A stretch of 63,170 bases of DNA, counting the filler, from Choristocarpus tenellus KU-1152 (lineage: Eukaryota; Protista; Phaeophyceae), in NCBI GenBank assembly GCA_964200185.2. It is 15 parts of 15 records of this genome, joined end to end, with 100 filler letters (N's around TTAATTAATTAA, not from the genome) between each part and the next. Parts side by side here need not be neighbours in the genome. Positions count along the whole stretch, not along the records: positions 13,258 to 18,155 come from CAXNAD020012617.1; positions 18,256 to 22,024 come from CAXNAD020018030.1; positions 22,125 to 25,114 come from CAXNAD020023103.1; positions 25,215 to 29,357 come from CAXNAD020016004.1; 11 more parts are not named here. One strand, 5' to 3'. Each line of letters opens with the position of its first letter. Position 1 is the stretch's first letter. A program made the position numbers and the translations under genes. Positions 13,319 through 27,037 of this stretch are shown piece after piece. A model generated the notes under the pieces. It did no database searches, was not told the DNA's origin, and was given only the letters and a program-made list of their open reading frames with translations.

Positions 13319-13420
13319 AGTAGATTCTGTTGGGCATGTCAATGCCAGCAATCCGCTAAGCATAACCCCAAGTATGGGTCAAAACGGAGAGGCTTCCATG
13401 TGGTAGTTGATACTATCTGA
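13319..13420 (+). repeat. Dispersed repeat family E (second copy ~28897-29010)
   Basis: Shared GAGTAGA.TCTG...CATGTCAATGCCAGCAATCCGC...GGGTCAAA.C.GAGA. Confidence 0.7.
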
Positions 13421-13749
13421 TAGACAAACACTACTTCGCATGATATATGAAGACGTTACGGTTTCATCTCTCCATTACTTAGCCAACTATTTTTAGCGAA
13501 TATACTCGCCACCGTCGCAAACAATATTTGTACAATCATGCTCTTGAGTTTTCTTGCAAGGGTGACAATGTGTCACCTTGCCGAAATTATAGTTGTTTCG
13601 GGGTTCCTAACAAATGAGGTTCCAATACTGAATTTTCCGGCTACTCACAAACTTTATGTTTTGAATGGTTTTGAAATATCAAACAATTAAATACAATGCT
13701 GTTATGTTAGTTCTGGGGTGACTCTGTAGAACAAATCAGAGTAGTTTAG

Positions 13750-14060
13750 AAGTAGTTTTTCTCTGGAGTACTCCCCATGGCTGAAGTGGTGGATAAATTC
13801 AAGCAATCCATTCGTACTCCCTTCACCGCAATACATCCAATGGTTGGCAATAACTCTTAACACAAGGTCCAGTGCACCACGGAATATTCCCCCACAAGAA
13901 CCACATGACCCCGTTGTGTGAATCCAGGACCTATCTGTCTGTTTGTGTCCTTGTGAGGTATGCCTTTTGCCGCATCAAAATATTGCTTTCCACTACACCA
14001 TGACCACGCCTTGACTAGTGATGACATACTCGCTCCCTCAACGTTGTAAGCGAGGACCAT
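13750..14060 (-). pseudogene. Possible Ty1/copia RT relic
   Basis: GIPHKDTNRQIGPGFTQ resembles copia (Y/H)KARLVAxGFTQ; very degraded. Confidence 0.3.
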
Positions 14061-14643
14061 AACAAGGTGTCAGACTTCAGACCAATGACAAGTATAGTAA
14101 TATATGTGAAAACACACACACAGGCACAGTTGTTACCAAGCAATGGCCAACAGTCATCAGAGGGGACTCAGCAACAGCTTTGATACCCTCTTCTTCTTCA
14201 GGCGTTGTTTTGTTGGAACTCATTCTAAATTCACTGCCTCCTCTGTTCCCACCTTAACTACCACTTCCACTTCTACCACTCCCTTTACACATGGCGAATC
14301 CACTAGCTTGCCCTGTATAGTTTGCCTTCCCTTCCATTTCCCTTTTCCTTTCCCCTTCTGCATGTCAGTATCATCATCAATGGAAGAAGAGCTACTACCT
14401 GCCCTGTCAAGAAATGTCTGCATGGTATGTTGCCTCTTCTCCATGCCACAACCATCTGCACAACAGAGGCATGTACCCCGAACAACTCGGCACCTCTAGT
14501 GTTGGAGGTTGGAGACTACTGGCCTTGACCTGAACTCGACACCAAAGTCTAGTCTGTACTTTCCGATATAGTTCTCCTTCAGAATACAGAGGCTATGGCC
14601 TCCACAAAAACACTCAAATCCTTGCATGCATAGAGCTTTTGAA

Positions 14644-14748
14644 TACATACATAATACATACGTACACACATACGTGCACACACACATACATACACATACA
14701 TACATACATACATACATACATACATACATACATACATACATACATACA

Positions 14749-14784
<36 letters not shown>

Positions 14785-14832
14785 TACATACATATATACA
14801 TAATACATACATACATACATAGTACATACATA
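14644..14832. repeat. (CATA)n microsatellite
   Basis: Long near-perfect CATA array. Confidence 0.95.
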
Positions 14833-15828
14833 TAGAAGAAACATTATTTTCTAAGATAATTGGCAAAGTGACTTCCTTAAGCTCATCCACCCAAATAATA
14901 TAGCCACGGATTAAAAAAATACAAATCCTGGGTTTGGGTATTGAGCTGTCGTTGACTCACGCACGGCCACCCCTCCTACCCCCCATAAACAATATATTAC
15001 GTATTATAATACTTATTATTTTGTTATTCACCAAACAGAGGTGGGGGATACTGACTGGCTCTGACGTGTTTCTCATGTTCACGCAACAGCAGTCTCCTGG
15101 AATTGAGCAATGTTCATTCCTGGTGGACATCTAGTTCCATTTAAAATGTATTAGACCCCAAACTAGAAATCCCATCATATCTGATGATGTAGATATGGGG
15201 CCTTACTAATCCTCTCGGGGCATCGCAATCTTCTACAATTGATCGGGGTTAACTCTATTCTCATCAGAACTGGGCCTGAGTAAAATTGACCCCCCAAAAA
15301 TCATCCACACAATCAATTGTATTCAACTTGTTATGCGCGAAGTCCACAAAGGTGCGATGAATGAAGTCCCTCGCACGTTACAGGGCTCCACGAACAGAGT
15401 GTGCAATAACGAACGGAAGAAAACCGTACATTATTACCAATCGAAGATCCCCCCTCAATTTTCGGTTTGGAACAATGAACAGTGAATTTTAATTGGATTG
15501 TCACGATTTAGTTACTATTCATAGCTCAGCAACAGTACCCAAAAAAGACAATATGTTTTGGTACAAAGTTCAAAATATCTTTCAAAAGGTGGTTATTTGA
15601 AACTGGTAGCCCTACTAGGAATTCGGTAACCCCCCCAAAACGGTGGGGTTCCATTCACCCAGCTTTCTTGTGGTGTACAATCCACCGTGGGTGCATCCTT
15701 TCAGTTGTACAAAACACAAATGGGATGGCAGCAGTTCAACACATTTTAAACAAAACCTATTAATATCCATACCAATATGCACATTGCCAGCTTTTTATGT
15801 ATTATACGTAAGAAGTAGTTTATGTAGA

Positions 15829-16017
15829 GGCTCAAAGTATCTGGGGGGGGGGGGGGGGTGGCAGCTGTCCATTTGGTGCCAATTTGTTCATGTCGTGATT
15901 TTTGTGTGATTCAGTTGCATGTGTCGGATGGATAATGTAAGTGCACTTCTCCTGGTCAGGCCCCAAATGGACACCCTGGTGTGGACCACCACCCCCCCAT
16001 CAGAGATACTTTGGGTC
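15829..16017 (+). mobile_element. MITE family A (~190 bp, G-run TIRs)
   Basis: Termini GGCTCAAAGTATCTGGGGG / AGATACTTTGGGTC, internal inverted TGTCCATTTGG / CCAAATGGACA, AGA on both flanks. Confidence 0.9.
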
Positions 16018-16837
16018 AGAATGCTCATTGTTGTGCAGTGCATAGTTCTGGAATCAAAGATGAAGGGAGGTTCTTTTTGCTCAGTTTTACTTTTTCATAT
16101 GTTTTGTCCATTACATAATGCTGCGTGATAATGTAAAGTAGCAACTATAATGCATCAGCAGGGACAGCCATACTCTGCTGGTGTGCCTCACCTCCTTCCC
16201 TCTTTCCCATCATCTCCTACCTAGTGCGTTCCAGCTCTCTACTGTTACTAAACCCCTCACCTTTCCAAATAGAGCAAACAAAAACAGGGTATATGCATAT
16301 TGATACACCCATCACCTCTCTCTGCACGCCCATTATCAGGACTGCATAACATTGCAAACCAAACACACACACACACACATACAACCACTATCATTTCACA
16401 TAACGGCGTAGTGAGATCCTTGCACTTTAACATATCTTTTTTCACACTAAACAACAGGGTAGGAAGGAGAATGGCATACAAACAAGCACGTCACGTTAAG
16501 GGCATCCCAGGTAACACATCCACCATCATCCTCCTGCGTCTTCAAATTCTCAGCTTCACAACAACATCATATACAAAAATACACACAGAACAAACACAAT
16601 GAATTAATGGAACCCGGCCTGAAAATCGAGACAAGCAAAGTACTTAACATGGGGCAGGGGACTCAACAGATTGCTAGAAGCTGTTCCTGTATCTAGCCCC
16701 ATCCTGTCTACGCCCCCATAGCCTGCCTTTTCTCTCCATGCCAAAACTAAAAAATCCAACTCCCAAAGGCGCAAACCCTGATAGAAAATATGCACCCCCC
16801 AGGTCCAACCAAATACACAACCAAGAGACAGTAAAAC

Positions 16838-16915
16838 TCACTTTCACTTTCACTTTCACATTCACTTTCACTTTCACATTCACATTCACATTCACTTTCA
16901 CATTCACATTCACTT
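16838..16915. repeat. (TTCAC[A/T])n hexamer microsatellite
   Basis: About 12 tandem units. Confidence 0.9.
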
Positions 16916-17220
16916 CTTCACTTCACTCTTACCAGGGACTAAAATAACAAAAATATGCAAGGAGTAAACACAAACGACACATATATATTCCACAAAAACC
17001 ATGCCATGCACACAAAAGAGTAGTCACGAGCAACACTAAGCATGCACCCACCCACCCCCACCCACACCCACATCCACACCCACACCCACGACCAGCTACG
17101 GATGGTATCTCCCACCCTTGCGATTCCTGCGAAGGCCTGCTCTTTCTTGACCTCCACCCCCACAAAAGAGCCTACATATCCAACTGCATCATGCGAGACC
17201 CACCATAAGACAAACAACAA

Positions 17221-17370
17221 CTATGACTTCTGCTCATCAAGCAGCAGTTTCAGCTCTTCCTTCTTTGAAGCCAGCAACCGCGACATGAGTACCGGTGAGA
17301 CAGAAGATGGCACCAGGCCACCATTGGTCAACTCATCAACCGTCGCCAGTAGGCCTCCCTCTTGCCTCGC
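17221..17370 (-). CDS. Terminal exon of an unknown protein
   Basis: CAG acceptor, then 49 codons ARQEGGLLATVDELTNGGLVPSSVSPVLMSRLLASKKEELKLLLDEQKS and a stop. Confidence 0.5.
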   Translation of the reverse strand, partial: ARQEGGLLATVDELTNGGLVPSSVSPVLMSRLLASKKEELKLLLDEQKS

Positions 17371-18993
17371 CTGAGTATCAGAGCACAAGATCAATATTTA
17401 CCCATTGATCAAAAAGGACAGTTAGAACTTGAGAGGTGTGGGTTTAGGGGGGAGAGGAACGGTGATGAGTGGGGGTATCTTGGGGACCCAACTAACTACC
17501 CCTCCACCCTAGTCTATTGATTGGTTTTGGGCTGTGTATGCACGGTTTTGTGACCCCTACAGAGACAAGGCGAATTTGCATACGATTCTTTTTGTGCGGA
17601 ACACAAGACAATACTCTCTATTTAATTTTTTTTTGAACAACACGTATCACGACCCAATCTTGCAATCCCTTCAAGCACCAGCCTCACAGGAATACAACAA
17701 CGCCTCACCACATGCAAAACCACCTACAAACCAATGCAACAATGGTGTCTATACCTGCTGCTCTAGGAGAACGGGAGAGGGGGACTAACCCCATTGACTC
17801 TGATGCCAATACACAAGGACACCACAAACATCAATAACATTTTGTGACATCATCTTACTTCCCCTTACCACATGCTTATCTCATCGATCTCATCGTATTG
17901 CAAAGGCTCCTGTCATCACTCACCCTTACAGAGTCCGAAACACACATCTAAGCCCTAACACTTGGCAAAAGAAAAAAAAATCCAATACTTAGGACATTTT
18001 GGTTTGGTTGGCAGATTGAGTAACAGGGCTAAAAGGGTGAACGTCTGTACGTTCCCCAGGCAGCACTCCCACACAATCCACCTAAACAGACCTTGCCCCC
18101 ACCCCCATACATACACACCTCCATCTCGTAAATTTGTGGTGTCCCATCAACTGATNNNNNNNNNNNNNNNNNNNNNNNNNNNNNNNNNNNNNNNNNNNNT
18201 TAATTAATTAANNNNNNNNNNNNNNNNNNNNNNNNNNNNNNNNNNNNNNNNNNNNAACCCTACCCCCACCCAAGCCTGTAAGTTGTCGGCTCTTGAACAG
18301 CATCTTTCGTTTTTTTTTTCTTCTGAATCTCACGTTCGAAAAAAAAAATATTCACAAAAAAAACACAACGATAAAGTGCGCGATTCATAGTGGAATAGAT
18401 ACTGGCAGTTACATTAGTTGGAGGGGGTTTGGATAGCACGTGGAGGCGTGGTGGGTTCGGTAATACTATATACTATATAGTCTGTTGTTGGGGATACCGT
18501 TTTTGAATATCATATTGAAACCGCTCTGTTCTCATTCAATTGCAGTTCTTCTTAATAGCGATACAACCACTCCTAAAGAAAATTAATCTTGAATTTTATA
18601 TTTTATTTTTGAAATGTGTAGGCCCACTTTAAAAACAAATAGTTATCAAAGGGAAGTTGCAACAAAGAAAATAGTGAATTAATTTCTCTCTGAGCTAGCA
18701 GAGTTTTCGATGGGTAATATAAGAATAAAAAAACTCAATACAGTGGAGTGGATTGGAAAATGTATCCTCAAGTGTTAGGATTATCACTTATTAGTACACT
18801 TTTTTACTTTCATCCTCGAAAAGACACTGTTCCCTAACCCTAACCATAATAGTAATCCATTTTGGTTAGGGTTAGGGATATGGTTAGGGTTATGGTGTAT
18901 CCTGGTACTACGCACCCGTCTCAAAATTTACAAAAAAAGTGTGAATCAATACACACTGCATCAGAGGGTCTTGGGTCTAGATTTTTTTTTTAA

Positions 18994-19200
18994 CAATGAA
19001 TCAATAATTATATCTTTCCATACATCAGCAATGAATCAATAATTATATCTTTCCATACATCAGCAATGAATCAATCATTACACCTTTCCATACATCAGCA
19101 ATGAATCAATCATTACACCATTCCATACATCAGCAATGAATCAATCATTACACCATTCCATACATCAGCAATGAATCAATCATTACACCATTCCATACAA
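18994..19200. repeat. 35-bp minisatellite, ~6 copies
   Basis: Unit CAATGAATCAATCATTACACCATTCCATACATCAG, head-to-tail with no spacers. Confidence 0.95.
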
Positions 19201-19663
19201 CAATAGCACCGATGTAGAACTTGCTGGACAAGGTCGGGATAGGGTTAAGGCTAAAGTTACATCAATGCACAGTACTACCTTTTATATCGCCACAGAGGTG
19301 TGTGTATCAAAAAGTCCCCTCCCAATATTTTACGAAGTACCTCCAACCACTTCAACGAACCCCTATGAACCAATAATAAATCTCATTGGATTGCACACAC
19401 ACACACACACAACACACTTTACTCAAAAATAAAACAAAATAAAAACGAACGGAACAATAAAAGACGACGCGCTCCATTGGCTGACAGTGACATCCTAGGC
19501 AATTCTATTGGCCAGAGCATTGCTCTTCATAAACCCCAATCCACTCGACAAGACATCGCCTCCCACAACCAGTGTAACACATAACCAACACCAAGGAGAT
19601 ACTTCATCAAATACCTCATCCAATACCTCATCAAACTACTATCTTACAACGTGAACACCTCAC

Positions 19664-20526
19664 CCCGGTTGCATCATCCCCACTGTACAGCAAAAATCCT
19701 TGAGGACACTGATCCCTTAGCGGCCCAAGCCTTGACAAGTCACCTGTTGCCTGCACAGAAAAAAAAATAATCGCGAGAGGCAGAGTACAGAGTATGACAA
19801 AAAGAGGTAAAATAAATGACAGAGAGATGCAGCATGACAAAAAGAGGTACAATAAATGACAGAGAGCTACAGCACAGCAAAAAGAGGTACGATAAATGGC
19901 AAAAGAGTTCCAATACAACAAAAAGAGGTATCATTAAAGGCGTACCCCTATTTTGCTTCATAAGGTTTGATGCTGTGTGTGAAGCATGATACTGATGACA
20001 ACAGTGCATTGTGCATGTGGCTTGGTGGGTCCCTGAGTACCAAAGATGACATAAAAAACAGGCCGACAAGGTTAAAAAAAAAGGTTTCCACACCAGAAAA
20101 AGCTGCGTCCACAAACATACATATTTTATATATTGGTAATGTAAAAATGATATGAAATCATTATCACCAGTGCACACTACGATGACATCATCAACACACA
20201 AAACATAGAATACTATCACAGACACATCAGTTGACATTGAGATCAATATTTGCAAAACTATGATCAATACATAATCAATACCATCCACTACACCTACAAA
20301 TACTGAAAACAATAAAGTGTCCCTTCAAACTCTCACACAAAATATAAATTTTATATATAAATTTTCCAGATTTCAGGAGGCGTATTCCACACACCACATA
20401 CACAAACAGGGTACAATCACAGCGGATCACAAGTCTCTGTACCTCTTTTAGTCCCACAATACCAGGGTACTGTGCCAGGTGTGCAACAGTCTCCGTCTTC
20501 AGGTCTACAGCAGTCCGTCCAGGCAC
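19664..20526 (-). CDS. dapA: Dihydrodipicolinate (4-hydroxy-tetrahydrodipicolinate) synthase, partial; exons 20526-20443, 19750-19664
   Basis: VPGRTAVDLKTETVAHLAQYPGIVGLKE|ATGDLSRLGPLRDQCPQGFLLYSGDDATG contains (YN)VPGRT, the Schiff-base Lys in GLKEATG, and SGDD. Confidence 0.92.
19790..19930. repeat. Degenerate ~40-bp tandem repeat in the dapA intron
   Basis: AAAAAGAGGTA.AATAAATGACAGAGAG repeated about 3-4 times. Confidence 0.75.
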
Positions 20527-21897
20527 CTATATTATTATTATTATTGTTACAAGCAGTACTTGGTATGTGGTAAAGGCTTACAAAGGGCCAGAAGGGATGA
20601 GCCTATTAAAAAAAAATGTGCTTGAAAAAACAAAATAATATATTGTTCTTAAAATGTGTAAATTTAACACACGCATCAGGTTTAAAAAAAAATAGATTAT
20701 TTTTCTACTTGACTGGTTATCTATCACCAATGGCGAGGTAAAAGTCCTTTCCCCGTTACCATTACAGTTACACGTCAGTTACATTTTCATCGCTTCCTAT
20801 TACAGTTACAATTACAGTTACAACTGCTACTGCATTACACAGGCGGGAGGTTAGGGCTTAACCACTGCTCATCTATTCTGAGGTGAAGTGCAGCGAGGTA
20901 GGCTTAGGTTGTCTGCACAGGATGCAGAAACACAGGATATCACACTCTCCCAACATCATTACACACACTCTTCCACGCCAAAAACATGCACCATATTATA
21001 CAATTCCTTCAACTTCAAAGTATACAGAAACACTATCCTACAACACCAGCTGTATTCGAAAACCATGGGTACTATGTTGCCAAGACACTGTCCTCAATTT
21101 GAAATGACAGAAACATACTTTCACACTGCATATCCATCGCTACCTCAACATGGAATAACCCACCTTACAATTTAGCCCTCCCACACCTCAGCTTATATTT
21201 GGGTGACATTGCCTCAAGAGTCCAAACTTTCCCTACAATATAATAAATACAATATAATGTAATGCAATACAATGCTGTAGAGAGAAAATAACCCCCAAAA
21301 ATATAAATATAAAAATAAAAAACACACACACACACACATAACTTGGAGTCAAGCTCTGAAACACAAATAGACACAAACATATACCCCCCAATAAAAACAC
21401 AATAAAAACACAGGTTAATCGAGGAAGTTCACCAAAGAAAAAAATTAATCGACAAAGTTAATCAAGAAAGTTAATGGAGAAGTAAAGTAAAAGTTAATGA
21501 CTGCGTAACACAGAAACAAAGAAGTAAAACCCATTTGCACATACAGACCATGGACACACACCAAATTCATCAGGTGATCTCAGCATCAAAGGAACCCTAA
21601 CCCTAACCCTAACCCACTGAAACACCAGAAATAAATTAAATCACTAAAAATAGTTGTGACGTAATACTGGCCCTAACCCTAACTCATTAAAACGCTAGGA
21701 ATATCAAGCCGATCATTACTACGCCTCACACAAAAACTAACCCTAACCCTAACCCTAACCCAACCCCCCCCCAAAAAACGCTACCAATAATTTAGAAGCG
21801 CTCACTACCATACTGGATGTTAATATCCAACCGCATGTACAATCAATACGGACACACTTCAAGCCGCAAGCTTACCTACTGCCGAAATTCCAACACT

Positions 21898-22024
21898 GCA
21901 GCACACAGTAAGCGCACTAGGGTTAGGGTTGTGAAGTGCAATGAACCATCTTGGTTTGACCTCTCACATTGTACAGCACACAGTAAGCGCACTAGGGTTA
22001 GGGTTGTGAAGTGCAATGAACCAT
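21898..22024. repeat. Direct duplication containing TAGGGTTAGGGTT, at contig end
   Basis: CAGCACACAGTAAGCGCACTAGGGTTAGGGTTGTGAAGTGCAATGAACCAT occurs twice. Confidence 0.9.
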
Positions 22025-23199
22025 NNNNNNNNNNNNNNNNNNNNNNNNNNNNNNNNNNNNNNNNNNNNTTAATTAATTAANNNNNNNNNNNNNNNNNNNN
22101 NNNNNNNNNNNNNNNNNNNNNNNNTTTCTATAAGTCATGAAAGAGGATTTAGAATGTTACTCAAGCTCTGTCACTCTTCTACCCCCCCTTAGGGAATACC
22201 CCCCCCCCCCCTAAGCCCTGATCAAGTCATGGTTCCCACGTACTATTAGCGGTTATAGTGGTGTTTTTTCTACACGTTGTATTCTCCCCTTTCATTGTCA
22301 ACAACTTAACTATCGCTGGAGATCTCCCCTGCTTACATTTCAGGCGAACAAGGTATGTGTCAAATGTCAGATTTCTGGAGTATTGTTCCCACGTATTGCA
22401 ATCCACCTGTGTATTCCTCAACTAACGGTGGAAGATCGTCAAGTTCAATTACCCTACATCAGCAACACATGGGATAGTGAAGACCACACCACAACAATGG
22501 TAACGCAATACTCCTTCACTCGATCAAAGCATTTAATCACAACTCAACCCGCTTTCCCGAAACACCCAAGTCTATACACCCACATACACAGTACATATAC
22601 TACTTGAAAGTTACGTTTCTTAACCTATGGAGAACTCAACATCCATATCTGATTCAAAACACAACCCCATCACTAATTGCTTTGAAAAGAACTCAATTGC
22701 GCCAATTGCCAGTCGTCAACAAGAGGGTGGCTGAGTGCACCTATTACAGAGGCCCTTACTAACCTAGATACAGAATCGACAACTTGAGAAGTGAAGGCTC
22801 AAGCACACACTTAAGCGTTGCAAAGCTTATCACTATCTGACCCAAATTCAACACATTGTCCAAGGAAGTTCAGGTCAAGGAAATGCGAACGAAAATTATA
22901 TAAATATCCAGCTTTTTAATTCCACTTCAAGCTCAGAAATTTATGTCAGTCTCACTCCCTGGTACAAAAGCCGCCCCCCTCAACATACCAAGTTTTAACC
23001 ACCATACAAGGGTTCAATTTGCAATACTTATTTCCCCTTTCTCTTTTCTACCTTCTAAAATCATTGTTTAGGCGACCAACTTACTACAAATTCAGGTTTT
23101 CAAACTTTTGGTATCACACGTAAAGTCAATGTCATTTCAAGTATTGGAGATAAGAAACAGAATTCCTGACACTTAAACGACAAGTTATAGGGCACCAGA

Positions 23200-23420
23200 C
23201 TCATGGTTCTACCACAGCTAGAGTGTGATCGTGGCTTACTTTAGAGATTTTCCGCCAAATTTCTGAAGTTTCTTGTCTGGAAAGATCTGATCGATTTGAT
23301 GCAAGTAGTACCTACTCTCATGAACTGTATTTCAAAGGTGTCAGCGATGTCTGCTTGCAGCGGTACAAACATCAACTTCATCACGTAGTTGTTCATATCC
23401 TTGCCTGTTGTTGGTGAGGA
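23200..23420 (-). pseudogene. Second Sola-like transposase relic
   Basis: GKDMNNYVMK...FEIQFMRVGTT(frameshift)IDQIF; the ATCGATCAGATCTT core is shared with the exon at 7568-7713. Confidence 0.65.
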
Positions 23421-24545
23421 GAGGTTGGGATGAGATTATTCGTGTGAGGTGAAAGGGGTTGTAAATCAAGACTGAGAAGTACAATAAAAAAATGAATTGC
23501 GACGCAAAGGGTAGTTTATGAAGACTTCAATAATATCTCCAAGACCCTCTCATACCACTAGTAATAGCAGAATAGGGATCTAAACGAGATATCTCAAAGT
23601 TGCTGTACTGACGATGGTACAAAGCATTAAAAAATACAAACGATGATGTGGAACTCCCTCTTTACAGTATTTCAAGTAGGTGCCGTGCTACCACCACTAC
23701 AGCAATGAGTGGCAGTAAAACGTAGTTGTTAGATTCAATTGCCAGGATCCCACCATCATCGTTTGAAAGAAGGATGGTGAATGTTGTGTCTTGTTCCAAT
23801 TCATAGATTTTTGTGCGCAAGGGTAGAAGTATATCATGATTGATGTAGTAAGTAGCATCAACAAAAACTTTGTACTTGATTATCACAATAGTACCATAGT
23901 TTGTTATCGCTCTTCCTTTGTATGTACCACTCTTACCAATATCCTCAATTCTAGAGCATATTGCTTTCTTGAAGTAATACACGAGGTTAAGACCCTCAAA
24001 CAAAACCCCGTAATAAGATGTATAGAACATTGATGTAAGTACCAAAGAATTGTTGCGAGAAGATATGAGGTCAAATTGTTGGTGCATTATTGGGTATGGC
24101 ATATTTTTGCAACATGGAATGAAATAGCGATCCATCAACAAAACAAGAGCAACAATCACTACACACTCACTTTAGAAGGTATCGTGACAAGCATCGGAGT
24201 AACAATAAAATTGAAGGGATCAACACGGATGCATAAAAGGCGATGAGGGAGGAGGTGTTCCGCAACGCTAGTATTAACTGACAATGCTTCCAAGACCCCC
24301 ACAGTTTTCTACCTTGTGTGACTAACTTTCCTATCTATCCCGATTGATCTGGCTTGCATTGCTCTTCAAATTCTAGTGAAGGCTTTGAATATTGCTGCGA
24401 TGACAAGGTTCCTCAATGTGTTTGGAGGGTACAACTAGATAAATAGTGACAATAGTAACATGACGAAGGGTGAGGACACAAAGAGTTAAAGTAAACGAGA
24501 GGTATTCAGGTTTTGACTGTTTTGCAATTTTAACATTTTCCACCC

Positions 24546-24718
24546 GACCCAAAGTATCTGGGGGGGGGAGAGGTCTACACCAGGGTGTCCATTAGGACCA
24601 AGACCAGGAAAGGTCATTATCCATCCGACGTATGAAACCAAATCACCCCAAAATCGAGACATGAAAAAAATAGATCCCAAATGGACAGCCGCCACTCCCT
24701 CCCTAGATACTTTGAGCC
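24546..24718 (-). mobile_element. MITE family A, reverse copy
   Basis: GACCCAAAGTATCTGGGG...AGATACTTTGAGCC; flanks ACCC/ACCT. Confidence 0.9.
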
Positions 24719-25289
24719 ACCTTTTGCAATTTACCCTCATTTCTATACATTTCTATGGGTAAAAACCTAGGATTGTCTTGAGATTTTAGTCTTTATTGTT
24801 TGGAAAATTTTGACAGACTTTAGGTAAGTCCCTGTACGAAGTTGTACAAAAAGTAGAATTTTGAATGTTTGTGGGCATCTTTAAAATACAACTGTAAGTA
24901 TCTCTCGTTTGAATTGGCTCAAAGGGCGAGAAAGGGCCGATACGTGGACTTGAGGATACCTCTCTGTGCAAACAGTCTGCCTACTGTTTTGGTCAAATAA
25001 CAGCCGATCATCAAAATTGAGGATGGAGCTTTTTATTGAGGATGAGCGAGACGCGGATTGGTGTGCGGAAAGTGTACATATGTTTTTTTTTTTATGTTGC
25101 GACACTTTTGGAAGNNNNNNNNNNNNNNNNNNNNNNNNNNNNNNNNNNNNNNNNNNNNTTAATTAATTAANNNNNNNNNNNNNNNNNNNNNNNNNNNNNN
25201 NNNNNNNNNNNNNNCTTCTCCGGGTCAGGCCCGGATCGGCCCCCCTGGTGTAGCCCCCCCCCCCCCCCCCCCAGATACTTTGAGCCTCC

Positions 25290-26370
25290 TTGCTAACATG
25301 GAGAATTTTGAAGACGTTGTCATCCCTGGATCCCAGTACTTCAGTGTAGACTGTGAAGAAGCTCTGCCAGACGCACTCTAGTGTCTCCTGGTGGTACACA
25401 TCGAACACCTCCATTGTGACTTCCACCACCTCCTCTGTGTTGGTCACCCCCACATCTTCCTTCAGTTGCTGGATGGAATGAAATAATCTCAGGTCGTTGA
25501 TGTTGAGGTCAGGTTAGTTGGCTGGCTGGGTCTCTATGACAATGTTGCCCTCTGCTTCCCTCATCAACCCACTCTTGGTGTGTAGCTTTGCTCCCTCTTG
25601 CTGTACAACGATGGTGTGTCCTTCCGGCCTTGGCGTATAGATGTTGATTGCGAGGATGACATACTCGATCATGAGCTTCTTATACCCCTCCCTGTCCACT
25701 GTGACTGGCACAAGCACCTTGGTGCCTTTGGGGCAGTGTTTGCTGGAGCGCTGAGTGACCGTAGTGTCCACGGTTGGCCAGATCCTCATTTTCTCATTGA
25801 ACCACCTCACGTTGGAGAGGTTCCTAGGGCGGGCCACAGCTGCAAGGGACGTCACAGAAATGTAATGTTTAATCTGTGCCCGTGGGGGTTTGGGGGGGCA
25901 TACCAAACATTGAGGATACTTGCATAACGGCCACAACACCCCTTCCGACGCCGTACAAGGTCCATGCATTCACCCCGTGTGATCTGTCTGTCATACTCCT
26001 TCAGATGACAGAACACAATGATTCGGGAAATTCCAAAGTCCTACACAATGGCTGCCGCTGTCCCCCAAGGCATCCAAGTCTCACACCCTCTTGCCTCCAG
26101 GCATCACACCACCATGCTGTCCTTTGTCGAGGTGTTTTGAGTCCTGACTCAGGACAGAATTCTGGACTGAAGAATTGGGACCAGCGGGTCATGATGGAAT
26201 GAGCAAACTGTCCAAATGATGGGGGGCCCTCATCCTTGCCATCCCAATAAACAACCGCTTTGACAGTTTCACAAGGTTTTTGAACCCTGTCAAATTTGAC
26301 TTGGTCGACTTTGCACTGGCGATCCTCTACAATCATGACAGCCCACCATGTCAAACTTTGCACGCCTCCC
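25290..26370 (-). pseudogene. Tc1/mariner (plant-type DD39D) transposase relic
   Basis: SLAAVARPR, RIWPTV, QRSSKHCPKGT, IVVQQEGAKLH (cf. QQDNAxPH) and QPAN*PDLNINDL (cf. QPPNSPDLNxLDL), with an in-frame stop and a catalytic D-to-E change. Confidence 0.88.
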
Positions 26371-27037
26371 AATCTATATCAGAACTAAGTCTTGTCTAAA
26401 GGGTTTATCACATGGATCGTTCCCGAGCGAAAGCAGAGGTTGCAGAAGTTATATTACAATTAATTCCAAATGGAGGAAGTACAAATATCTTAAGATAGCC
26501 CACTCATTAAAACCCTGGCAAGGGTGTTTTCATACTCTTCTTGACATACAGCATGGAGGGACACAGAATTTCCACAAGTACGCCCCTGCTCTTATTTGTT
26601 GCCAAGTACTCCTTCTACACAATTATTTATATCACCTGATTGGCTCGGAGACAAAGGGCAACCAAACGTAAAAAAAATGGGACCCCCAGAGCACACTGAC
26701 CCATCTGAGCATAAAAAATAAGAAACTTTCCTGAAAAATACAGGAACTTGTTTCTCTGAAGAAGATGCCGTCGAGCACAGCATATGGGCTACTACTTCCA
26801 GCAGAAACAAAGTACACTTCAAAATCGGTAAAATTACACAGGATCTATTCACAAGTGCTGCACTTCCCACACCCACATCCACAGGTACATTAACTCCCTT
26901 TCCCATGCACAAAGCAGGGACGTAACGTGTGAGAGTTGCCCTCCAAACATTCCCCATCCGATAACGATAGCAACATCTACAGGCAGTCACGTATCACCCC
27001 AGCCACATTGACATGCTGATGCTCTCCTGGTATCGTC

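Noticed and set aside
14496-14890. MYVC-repeat ORFs
   Set aside because: Translations of the (CATA)n microsatellite.
18994-19200. 35-bp repeats as a CRISPR array
   Set aside because: Head-to-tail units with no unique spacers, no cas genes, eukaryotic context.
23662-24159. 165-aa AT-rich ORF
   Set aside because: No recognisable motif or splice signals; it lies among degraded TE sequence.
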